64,000 nucleotides of DNA. It comes from Proteobacteria bacterium SG_bin4. Lineage in GTDB: Bacteria > Pseudomonadota > Gammaproteobacteria > Burkholderiales > Nitrosomonadaceae. Position 1 is the first letter of the stretch, and every line of letters begins with the position of its first letter. The notes under the pieces are model-generated. The model was not told the origin of the DNA. It saw only the letters and a list, made by a program, of their open reading frames with translations, and ran no database searches. The position numbers were made by a program, and so were the translations under genes. This document shows, piece after piece, positions 29,049 through 37,678 of this stretch. Where the stretch lies: assembly GCA_002083395.1 (NCBI GenBank), contig LWDH01000035.1, forward strand, positions 41,403-105,402. Reading direction: 5' to 3'.

Positions 29049-30689
29049 ATGATTACAAGTCCTACCAATTTTTCTCCCGTTAGCTTGAATCTCTCCGGAA
29101 AAAATATTCTGATTGTCGATGACTATCAGGAAATGCGGACAATCCTGCGCGATATTTTGCGCAATCTGGGTGCCGATGTTAAGAGAATGCATATGGTTGC
29201 AACGGGTGAAGAAGCGATTGCAATACTGAGGAAGGTGCAATTTGATGTGGTTTTGTGCGATCTTGTATTGGGCACAGGAAAAAATGGCCAGCAAGTGCTT
29301 GAAGAGGCAAAGTACCATTCGCTGATTAGTCCATCTTGTTTGTGGGTAATGATTTCCGCTGAAAAAGCCGCAGAAGCTGTTACCGGTGCGGCGGAATTCC
29401 AACCCGATGCATATTTGATTAAGCCCGTCACGGAAACGAATTTATGCATACGGCTGGAAAAGATCTGTCTAAAAAAGAAAGCTTTTGCCGAAATTCATCA
29501 GGCGATCAAGCGCTCTGATTATGGTGAAGCACTGAGTTTGTGTGATCAGAAGCTGGTATCCGATAAGGCGAATACGGCTGATTTGCTGCGTACGAAATGC
29601 AATTTATTAGGGATGACCGGGGAACTGGATCGAGCCCAAAGTTTATTGGAAGAAATTCTTTCTAAGCGCGAATTGCCGTGGGCCAAAGTGGCATTGGCAA
29701 GAATCTTTCTGAAGAAAAACGAATTGAACCAGGCCAAGATGCTGTTGGAAGAGACCATTGAAATTAATCCCGCGTATATTGAAGCCCATGATCTCTTGGC
29801 GCAATCGCTGCAAGCAATGGATGATTTGGAAGGAGCCAATGATGTGCTGGAGCGTGCAGCTAAGCTGTCACCCAATTCTGTGATACGGCAACAAAATCTG
29901 GGAAGCTTGTCGCTAAAACTTGGGAAATTGGAAAATGCCGAACGCGCTTTCCGGAAGAGCATCGCTCTGGGTGAAAATTCAGCACTGAAGAAAGCGGATA
30001 ATTATCTGGGGCTGGTCAAAGTATGCAACGCAAAAAATAATTCCGATGAAGCGCTGAGGGTGTTGGGTCAGCTCACCAAGAATCTTAATGGCGATGATGT
30101 TCGCCGCAGGTCTTTGGCGGCTGCGGGATTAATCCATCATCAGAGGGGGGATGTGGAAAAAGCCGCGCAACTCGCTTTAGAGTTGGACCAGTCGTTGCCT
30201 AACCAAGATGAGCGTGCTTTATCGAGCGAGGAATCGCTGGAGGTGGCTCATTTATTGCTGGTCGCCGGGGATAAGGAGAAAGCCATCCGGCTACTGCAAA
30301 GCGAAATCAAAAATAATCCCGAGAACCCGGCTTTGCATAAAGATGTTTCAAATATCTTCGAGCAAGTTGGCATGCAAGAGGAAGGCAGCCAGTTGATTGA
30401 GGCTACGCGCCAGGAAGCGATGCTGGTGATGAATCGTGGCGTGTTACTGGTTAGCAAAGGGGAATATGAGGAAGCACTTTGCGCGATGCGTGAAGCTCGT
30501 GCTGCAATGCCGTCCAATGTGCGGGTATTATTGAATCTGGCGCATGTGATTATTGCGTATATCCAGAAAAACGGCGCTGCACCCGACCTGGTTGAGGAAG
30601 CGCGCAACAGTCTTATGGCGGCAAACGAACTATCTCCGGGAGAGCCTCGCTTTAAACGATTGCTGGCTTCATTGAATGAACTCGTTTAG
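29049..30689 (+). CDS. Response regulator with a receiver domain and a long TPR-repeat output region
   Basis: 546 aa. REC domain (ILIVDDYQEM..., phospho-acceptor in DVVLCDLVLG, KP motif LIKPV), then about 400 aa of TPR-like repeats. No DNA-binding domain. Confidence 0.85.
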   Translation: MITSPTNFSPVSLNLSGKNILIVDDYQEMRTILRDILRNLGADVKRMHMVATGEEAIAILRKVQFDVVLCDLVLGTGKNGQQVLEEAKYHSLISPSCLWVMISAEKAAEAVTGAAEFQPDAYLIKPVTETNLCIRLEKICLKKKAFAEIHQAIKRSDYGEALSLCDQKLVSDKANTADLLRTKCNLLGMTGELDRAQSLLEEILSKRELPWAKVALARIFLKKNELNQAKMLLEETIEINPAYIEAHDLLAQSLQAMDDLEGANDVLERAAKLSPNSVIRQQNLGSLSLKLGKLENAERAFRKSIALGENSALKKADNYLGLVKVCNAKNNSDEALRVLGQLTKNLNGDDVRRRSLAAAGLIHHQRGDVEKAAQLALELDQSLPNQDERALSSEESLEVAHLLLVAGDKEKAIRLLQSEIKNNPENPALHKDVSNIFEQVGMQEEGSQLIEATRQEAMLVMNRGVLLVSKGEYEEALCAMREARAAMPSNVRVLLNLAHVIIAYIQKNGAAPDLVEEARNSLMAANELSPGEPRFKRLLASLNELV

Positions 30690-30711
30690 ATTTGCCTCGC
30701 GTTAAGTTCTC

Positions 30712-32346
30712 TCAGCTAACATAGAAATTCCGCATCATACCCATATCCTCGTGTTCGAGATTGTGGCAATGGTAAAGAAAAAAGCCTTTGAAATCATTAA
30801 AAGGTTTGATTATCTCAATTTCTTCCCCCGGCATCACCAGAACGGTATCTTTCCAGCCGCTGTTGATAAAACCGTGTTTCACAGTTTCGTAGGCGCTATC
30901 CTGATGAGTTTGCATCCGCGAGAGGATTTGAAACTGTTGACCATGCAAATGGATGGGATGCGGCATCGACATCATCATTCCCATCCCCATGCCTCCACCG
31001 CGTCCACCGCGGCGCATGCCACCGCCCATTCCCCGATTATCATGAAATATCTTAATTCTTTGAATGGAATTAACCGGAATTTGCTCGGATTCCATGTAAT
31101 CGTACATATCAAATGTTCTGCCATTTAGCTGGAACGCCATGTGCCGCATGCCGATGGCGATTGGAACAACTCTGTCAGGGTGGGTGAGGTCCTGAGGCGT
31201 TAAACGCGGCATTGGGATAAGTGTTTCCGGTAACTTCGGTGAATCGCTGATCTGCTCGGCGATCTGGAATTTTGCGATGGTGATTGTTTCATCCTGGCCA
31301 AAGGGAGCACCCATCATGCCCATTCCATCGCCTCCCATGCCACGGCGCATCCCTCCTCGCATGCCGCCGCCTCCCATATGAGAACTGGAGTCGCCAAAAG
31401 CCAGGCTTTGCAATGTGATGTCAGAACCTGGTTTGCGGCCGCTGAAATCAATCCACAATTCTACGCGCTCAGCGGGGGCAAGCATCACATAGGGTAAGTT
31501 TTGCGGCTTTTCCAGTAAACCGCCGTCGGTTGCGATTGCAGTGATCGGGGTGCCGTCACTCCATGCGAGTTTATAAATCCGCGCATTTGATCCATTCAGG
31601 ATGCGCAAGCGATAGGCTCTGGTTTTTACCGGAATGGAATAGTCTTTCTGTCCGTTTGCGAGAATGACATCGCCATGAAACCCCCGCATTCTTTGGTGCA
31701 TGCCTAGTATGTAGCGAAGCTGATTACCGCTGGAGAAGCTGCGATCCTGAATAATCAGCGGGATATCGAATTCGCCGCTAGGCAGACCTAATTTCCGTTC
31801 TTTCTCATCGGAAACCGTGATAAGTCCCGCTAAGCCTTGATAAACTTGCGGCGCGGTTAGCTCGTGGGTATGCGAATGATACCAGTTGGTACCGGCTGGA
31901 TTGGTTACCTCGAATTCATATAAGTACTGTTCGTCCCGATGGATGGCATACATCGGATGTCCGTCCATCGGTTGGGGGACATGCATGCCGTGCCAGTGCG
32001 TAATGCATGGCTCCGGTAATTGATTGCTGAAATAGATTCGAACTTTCTGACCTTGCTCAAAATTGAGAATAGGACCTAAATAGCCTGGCAACTCTTTAAG
32101 CGTAGATGAAGGTCCTTTAAGCAGTTTGCCAGTGTATTTAAAAACATGCGTGAGCGGACCGGGTAATATGGAAACATCGGAAGTCTGCGCATTCAATGCG
32201 ATTTCTACATCGGCCTTGAATAAAGGATTGGGTGTCATGTTACTTCCCTGTCTTGTCGCACAACTCAATCCCGGGATTGTTGCGGCAAAAGTGCCTGCTG
32301 CTGCATATTGTAGGAATTGACGTCTTTTATAATTGATATTTGTCAT
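30712..32346 (-). CDS. TAT-exported multicopper oxidase (CueO/CopA-like) with two Met/Gly/Arg-rich inserts
   Basis: Twin-arginine signal YKRRQFLQYAAAG. Copper motifs HWHGMH, WYHSHTH, HPIHLHG and HCHNLEHEDMGMM. The ATG at 32346 with a GAAGAGGG RBS is preferred over 32364. Confidence 0.9.
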   Translation of the reverse strand: MTNINYKRRQFLQYAAAGTFAATIPGLSCATRQGSNMTPNPLFKADVEIALNAQTSDVSILPGPLTHVFKYTGKLLKGPSSTLKELPGYLGPILNFEQGQKVRIYFSNQLPEPCITHWHGMHVPQPMDGHPMYAIHRDEQYLYEFEVTNPAGTNWYHSHTHELTAPQVYQGLAGLITVSDEKERKLGLPSGEFDIPLIIQDRSFSSGNQLRYILGMHQRMRGFHGDVILANGQKDYSIPVKTRAYRLRILNGSNARIYKLAWSDGTPITAIATDGGLLEKPQNLPYVMLAPAERVELWIDFSGRKPGSDITLQSLAFGDSSSHMGGGGMRGGMRRGMGGDGMGMMGAPFGQDETITIAKFQIAEQISDSPKLPETLIPMPRLTPQDLTHPDRVVPIAIGMRHMAFQLNGRTFDMYDYMESEQIPVNSIQRIKIFHDNRGMGGGMRRGGRGGGMGMGMMMSMPHPIHLHGQQFQILSRMQTHQDSAYETVKHGFINSGWKDTVLVMPGEEIEIIKPFNDFKGFFLYHCHNLEHEDMGMMRNFYVS

Positions 32347-32528
32347 GATTAATCCCTCTTCCATCAGTGAGATAGCAGCGGTACGCGGTCAACAATTCAA
32401 CGCGTAATTTATCTGCGATACTGGGATTAGTGTATCAGTTCAAGCATGACAAGTAATGTACTTTATGCTTAAGTGATTGAGCGTAAGAAGTTTTGAGGCT
32501 CAGGATCAGGGTAACGGAAACCGATGCA

Positions 32529-34250
32529 TCAAGTGAGAAGCGCTAACAACATTTGCGGGGAAGAATTCGCTTGTGCCAGCACCGCAGTGGCAGCTTGCTG
32601 CATGATTTGTGTTTTTGTAAGTGAGGTTGTTTCAACTGCATAATCGGTATCTTGTATTCGTGATTTGCTGGCAGTTGCGGATTCCACGCTGGTTTGATTG
32701 TTGGTAATGACCGATTGCAAACGGTTCAATTGTGCGCCGATTTTCGATCGCTCTCCGTTAATGTGATTGAGAGCCAGATCTACTTTAAAAGTCGTAAAAC
32801 CGGCATTGTTGATCAAATCCAGATCTTGGATGCTGAGTGCGCCCGTGTTGACCGCTCCCATGCTGATATCCAGTGTATCGGCTTTATTTGCACCGACCTG
32901 CAGACGCTTGTTGTTTCCGACTGCTGCTGCTTCGATATCTTCCCAGATTTCATTGAATCCGCTAGTCGGATTGGTTCCGCCACGCGAACCGGTATCGATG
33001 ACAACGCTCTCGGCAGTTTTAACGGAGCCGCCATCGGCATTTGATCCGCCGACTGCTCCGGTATCACTGTCTGTAAGGTTCATACTTGAAATATAGGTCG
33101 CACCATTTGCGACAAAGTCTGCATTAAAAGCATCGGCATTTGCATATAAGCCGCCGGTAGCGGCGCTGATTGCGTCATTTAAGGTGGCGCTTTGATGCTG
33201 GTTCAAATAAACCATGACATCTCTGATACCCGAACCACCGTTATCTTTAATGACCTGATGCAGATAGCGGACTGCTGTATAAGCGGCGGAATAATCATCC
33301 GATGATCCTCCCCACGATGCGCCTGCCGAACCAAAAGTCGAAGCTCTAGCCATAACACCGCCAATACCGACGCTGCTTATCGAAGCTTGCAAGCGTTCAT
33401 CGGCGCCATGGATAAATTCGGCGGCACCTTCCAGAAACCAAGTTTGATCAACCGTTGGATTGAACATCGAGCCGATATTCATGCTGCGGTACATCACGGC
33501 GTGTACCATTTCATGCGCAATAATTCGATCGTTGTAAAATGGTGCATTACCACCGTTTGGCAGATTGGCCGGTGTAAAATCGCTCATATCAATCTGAAGT
33601 TTGACATCCGCTGCTTTACCAGTATAGGTGCCCGGTATCGAACCAACAACCCGGGCCGCAGTGCCACCGGCGCCGTCGGTGAATGTTGTCAATTCGATAT
33701 TCATGTCAGCGCCATCCGCCGAAATTCCGAAATACTGCTGTATCATATTTTCCGCTTCTTCCAGCCAGCCGTATTGTAGACCGTAGACGACAGCCAGCTG
33801 GTTAGAGTCTCCGAGAACGCTGCTTCCGGAAAAGTCAAAAATACTATCCCCGTTGAAGGTGCTGGTTGTCGAGACCTTTTCTAGTTCTTGAATTAACTGA
33901 TTGGTTTCTTCTTGAAGCGCTTTCTTGTCAGCAAGGCTATTGGTTGAATTCGCGGCTTGGATGGATAATTCACGGATACGTTGCAATGCGGAAGTCATGG
34001 AAGTCAATGCGCCATCAGCTGTTTGTAACATTGAAATGCCATCATTGGCATTTCTGGTAGCTTGATTCAAGCCACGTATCTGGGCGGTCATTCGTTCAGA
34101 AATTGCAAGACCGGCTGCATCGTCTCTGGCGCTATTAATACGCATACCGGATGATAGCCGCTCTAAGGAGCGACTCAAATCCGTGGTGGTTGCTGATAAA
34201 TACCGTGAGGTATTTAACGCACCCAAGTTGGTATTAATGGATAATGACAT
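32529..34250 (-). CDS. fliC: Flagellin with an enlarged central domain carrying an HExxH...E zinc-metallopeptidase signature
   Basis: 573 aa. Canonical flagellin N-terminus (MSLSINTNLGALNTSRYL...RLSSGMRINSARDDAAGLAISERM) and C-terminus (...VLAQANSSPQMLLALLT). The central region contains HEMVHAVMY (nt 33501-33515) followed by FLEGAAEF. Confidence 0.9.
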   Translation of the reverse strand: MSLSINTNLGALNTSRYLSATTTDLSRSLERLSSGMRINSARDDAAGLAISERMTAQIRGLNQATRNANDGISMLQTADGALTSMTSALQRIRELSIQAANSTNSLADKKALQEETNQLIQELEKVSTTSTFNGDSIFDFSGSSVLGDSNQLAVVYGLQYGWLEEAENMIQQYFGISADGADMNIELTTFTDGAGGTAARVVGSIPGTYTGKAADVKLQIDMSDFTPANLPNGGNAPFYNDRIIAHEMVHAVMYRSMNIGSMFNPTVDQTWFLEGAAEFIHGADERLQASISSVGIGGVMARASTFGSAGASWGGSSDDYSAAYTAVRYLHQVIKDNGGSGIRDVMVYLNQHQSATLNDAISAATGGLYANADAFNADFVANGATYISSMNLTDSDTGAVGGSNADGGSVKTAESVVIDTGSRGGTNPTSGFNEIWEDIEAAAVGNNKRLQVGANKADTLDISMGAVNTGALSIQDLDLINNAGFTTFKVDLALNHINGERSKIGAQLNRLQSVITNNQTSVESATASKSRIQDTDYAVETTSLTKTQIMQQAATAVLAQANSSPQMLLALLT

Positions 34251-34340
34251 TTCGTCTTAATGGCGACATAACAAGTATTGCTAATTAACGTTACGTTGTT
34301 TTGTTTTCTTTAGATTTGAGAGTTTCTCAATACACCGGCA

Positions 34341-34372
34341 TCGATCGGGCAGCAATGGTATGTCTTAAAATA
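34341..34372 (-). promoter_or_regulatory. Candidate sigma-28 (FliA) promoter of the flagellin gene
   Basis: The minus strand reads TAAG-N15-CCCGATCG about 90 nt upstream of the flagellin ATG. The consensus is TAAA-N15-GCCGATAA and the CCGAT core is present. Confidence 0.35.
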
Positions 34373-34436
34373 GAGACACGATATTCCAGGAATTTATTCC
34401 GCAGATCCGGAAAAGATAAATGCGAATGCAACGAGT

Positions 34437-35804
34437 TTAATTACTCAAAAAATGAGTTATCAGAATGGAATAACCCAATCCCGCACTTGCACAAGCACCG
34501 ATGACCGTGACCAACCCAATTTTATGTTTGAACAAAGCATAAAATGCGATGCCGCCAATCACGGCTGAGAACCATTCAAATGGCCCGCCAAAGCCGTTTG
34601 GCCAGAGTACATGGTAAGCAAAAAAAACCGCCAAATTTACAATAACGCCGACCACGGCTGCGGTGATGCCTGTCAGCGGCGCGGTGAATTTGACATCGTG
34701 ACGGGTAGCCTCGACTGCAGGAGCGCCCAATAAGATAAAAAGGAATGAAGGCAAAAACGTAAAGAGCGTGGCAATCAATGCACCGGCAATGCCTGCTAGA
34801 TATAACAGATCGGCTCCAAAAAGCGCTTTGGTCCAGCCACCGACAAATCCCACAAAAGCAACGATCATGATGAGCGGACCAGGTGTGGTTTCACCCAAAG
34901 CCAATCCATCGATCATTTGCGTTGCGCTCAACCAAGCATAGTGCTCGACGCCTCCTTGATAGACGTAAGGTAACACTGCATAAGCACCGCCAAAAGTCAT
35001 TAGCGCAGCTTTTGTGAAAAACCAACCCATCTGTGTCAGCGTGCCGTTCCAGCCATATTGAACCGATAACAAAGCCATTACCGCGCACCAGATAGTGAGT
35101 CCGATCAGCGCAAAAGCAATAAAACGGCTCCATTTGAAACGAGCATGTTCCGGAAGCGGCGAATCATTATCAATGATCGCGGGGCCGTAGCGATGGCTTG
35201 AATCGATAGCGTGTTTGCCAGCTTGAAATTTGTCCGGCATGAAATGCGAGCCGATATAACCGATCAGGCCAGCCGATACCACGATGTAAGGAAAGGGAAA
35301 ATCGAAAACAAAGATCGCGATAAAAGCTAATATTGCGATAGCGCGCAATAGATTGTTCCTTAAAGCTTTGCTGCCGATACGGTAAGCTGCAAATAAGACA
35401 ATAGCGGTTACCGCTGGCTTGATGCCGTACAAAATTCCGGCAACTGCCGGAATTTCGCTGTAAATTAGGTAGATCCATGTCAGAACTATCAAAATAAGCA
35501 GCGACGGTAATACAAATAAGGTGCCGGCAACAATTCCACCCCAAGTGCCATGCATCAACCAGCCGATATAAATCGCCAGCTGCTGGGCCTCCGGGCCAGG
35601 TAGCACCATCGTATAATTCAATGCATGCATGAAGCGCTGTTCAGAAATCCAACGCCGTTGTTCGACCAGCTCTTGATGCATCAGGCTGATTTGGCCGGCT
35701 GGCCCGCCGAAACTAATGAAGCCAAGCTTAAGCCAGTATCGAAAAGCCTCCCAAAATGATACCGGCCCGGGTGGAGCGGGAGCATGCTCGGTTGTTTCTG
35801 ACAT
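34437..35804 (-). CDS. chrA: Chromate transporter ChrA (CHR family, two-domain long form)
   Basis: 455 aa. FWEAFRYWLKLGFISFGGPAGQISLMHQELVEQRRWISEQRF is the CHR signature. A second repeat contains FGGAYAVLPY. Confidence 0.9.
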   Translation of the reverse strand: MSETTEHAPAPPGPVSFWEAFRYWLKLGFISFGGPAGQISLMHQELVEQRRWISEQRFMHALNYTMVLPGPEAQQLAIYIGWLMHGTWGGIVAGTLFVLPSLLILIVLTWIYLIYSEIPAVAGILYGIKPAVTAIVLFAAYRIGSKALRNNLLRAIAILAFIAIFVFDFPFPYIVVSAGLIGYIGSHFMPDKFQAGKHAIDSSHRYGPAIIDNDSPLPEHARFKWSRFIAFALIGLTIWCAVMALLSVQYGWNGTLTQMGWFFTKAALMTFGGAYAVLPYVYQGGVEHYAWLSATQMIDGLALGETTPGPLIMIVAFVGFVGGWTKALFGADLLYLAGIAGALIATLFTFLPSFLFILLGAPAVEATRHDVKFTAPLTGITAAVVGVIVNLAVFFAYHVLWPNGFGGPFEWFSAVIGGIAFYALFKHKIGLVTVIGACASAGLGYSILITHFLSN

Positions 35805-35864
35805 CTTTGTTCCTTGAATGAGTTATCCGATTTCTATCAAAATGCGGTGCCGGTTGGTCGGGGA

Positions 35865-36962
35865 TTAACGTTCAACAATCGTCCATTGCCGCTGGTCTTC
35901 AGAAGCTTTCTGCAAAACTGAATTTCTTTCTTCTTTGGGAAGTTTACTGATTTTTGTGACCGCATCGAAAAATTTATTCATGTCCTGGTCGTTCTGCGCA
36001 AGGATTGTCTGAAATGCCGGTACCAATTGAGAATAAATCGAAACCGTCGCCAGTAATGCATTATTCAAAGGCTGAGAGAACCATGAATCATAGAGACTAA
36101 GCTCTGGATCACCGGTTTTCAAGTCAGCGAATTCTGTGCGCAATTCATCAAATATCCGTGCCTTATGAGCACGCTTCTCAACTTCGCTGAGATCCGATTG
36201 GAATAAATCCTGCAAGTGCTTGCGATATTTGAAAACCAGATCGGTGAAGATGGTTTCCCGTTCTCGCCGGGCGCTTAATGCCGATTGTTGCAATACAGTG
36301 CCGTTATGAGCGAACCAGCGCTTAATGCCTTCTTGTTCGACCGCTGTCGCAAAAGATTCGTTAAAGACGGTATCGCCGGGCACATAGACAACTTGATGCG
36401 CCAGCTCATGAAAAATCAACCGCGCGAGATTTATTTCAGAGTAGCTTATGAAAGTATTGAGCACCGGATCGCTGAACCAGCCCAGCGTGGAATAGGCGCG
36501 AACTCCGCCGACGTGAACATCATAGCCTTCATTTCTGAGTTCTTCAGCATAACGTTCCGCCTTAGCTTGAGAAAAAAAGCCACGGTAATTAACACAACCC
36601 ACTTTTAGAAAGCACCATTCTTTGAGCTGAAGGGATAATTCCGGGGATGCGAAAACATTCCAGACGACAAAGGGGCGTTCTAAATTCGCATAACTGGTGT
36701 AGCTCCGGTTATCCGGCAATTTCAATTCGCGGCTCGCAAATTGACGCAATTGAACGATTTTGGTCAGCGAATTTTTTAAATTCTGATCGGTATCCGGATT
36801 CTCGATAATGGTACTGATCGGTTGCGCTCGACGCAGAACTTCCAGATGTCCGTCGATCGCTTGCGCATAATAAGGAAGATTCGCGCATGCACTGAGCCAA
36901 GTAACGGAAGTCAGAGTCATGACAAATCTGAAAATCGTGAAGGATCGGGATACCGCGCTCAT
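35865..36962 (-). CDS. Predicted zinc aminopeptidase lipoprotein (DUF2265 family)
   Basis: 365 aa. Lipobox WLSAC and HExxH motif (FHELAHQ). The overall pattern matches the putative-aminopeptidase family. Confidence 0.65.
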   Translation of the reverse strand: MSAVSRSFTIFRFVMTLTSVTWLSACANLPYYAQAIDGHLEVLRRAQPISTIIENPDTDQNLKNSLTKIVQLRQFASRELKLPDNRSYTSYANLERPFVVWNVFASPELSLQLKEWCFLKVGCVNYRGFFSQAKAERYAEELRNEGYDVHVGGVRAYSTLGWFSDPVLNTFISYSEINLARLIFHELAHQVVYVPGDTVFNESFATAVEQEGIKRWFAHNGTVLQQSALSARRERETIFTDLVFKYRKHLQDLFQSDLSEVEKRAHKARIFDELRTEFADLKTGDPELSLYDSWFSQPLNNALLATVSIYSQLVPAFQTILAQNDQDMNKFFDAVTKISKLPKEERNSVLQKASEDQRQWTIVER

Positions 36963-37219
36963 GGATGCATACTTTGAAGTTAAAAAATCGACATTTTAAT
37001 GGGGCATTCTAGCTAATTTTCAAGATTTCTTTTCAACTGGGGTTGAACGCACCCGCTCAATTTTGTAGCAAGGTGATTATCAGATTTAATTTTTCCTGAT
37101 TAATTCCAGGTTTAGTTTCGCTTATCAACCGCTATAAATATTTTACCGATATTGCCGAAATAAATATCCGTATTTAAAAGGAAAATTCAAGTGATGTCGT
37201 TTCCGTTTAAGTTTCTTGG

Positions 37220-37648
37220 ATGCTATGTGTATTGACTATGAAAATAATGACAGAAGAATGGCTGATTTTAGGCATCACTTCCGAGGACCGGACATTCCGG
37301 CCCAGTGATTGGTCAGAAAGGCTTTGCGGAGCGCTTGCAAGCTATAACGAGAAGGGGCGCTGGGAGTATTCCGATTATGCGCAACCGGTAATCTACGAGG
37401 GCAAGATTGCTGTTCGAGTGCGAACTTCGTTAAGCATTATCAACAAAACGCATTATCAGTTCATTATGGATTTTGCGGCCAATAACCGGCTCAAAATTAT
37501 TCCTGCTGGAAAAAGTATTTCTCTCGAAGACCCTGTTGAAGAAACTATCGAACAAGCAGAAGTCGTATGGTCTTTAGGAAACTGGATCTTGGCGTTGCTA
37601 TTGCACCAATGGAAAGTGCGATCGCTGTTCAAAAATTTACCCCGCTGA
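37220..37648 (+). CDS. DUF3579 family protein
   Basis: EEWLILGITSEDRTFRPSDWSERLCGALASY resembles the DUF3579 N-terminus. The start is ambiguous, with ATGs at 37220, 37238 and 37247. Confidence 0.55.
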   Translation: MLCVLTMKIMTEEWLILGITSEDRTFRPSDWSERLCGALASYNEKGRWEYSDYAQPVIYEGKIAVRVRTSLSIINKTHYQFIMDFAANNRLKIIPAGKSISLEDPVEETIEQAEVVWSLGNWILALLLHQWKVRSLFKNLPR

Positions 37649-37678
37649 AAAAAGCAACATCACGGTGCTGTGAATTTC

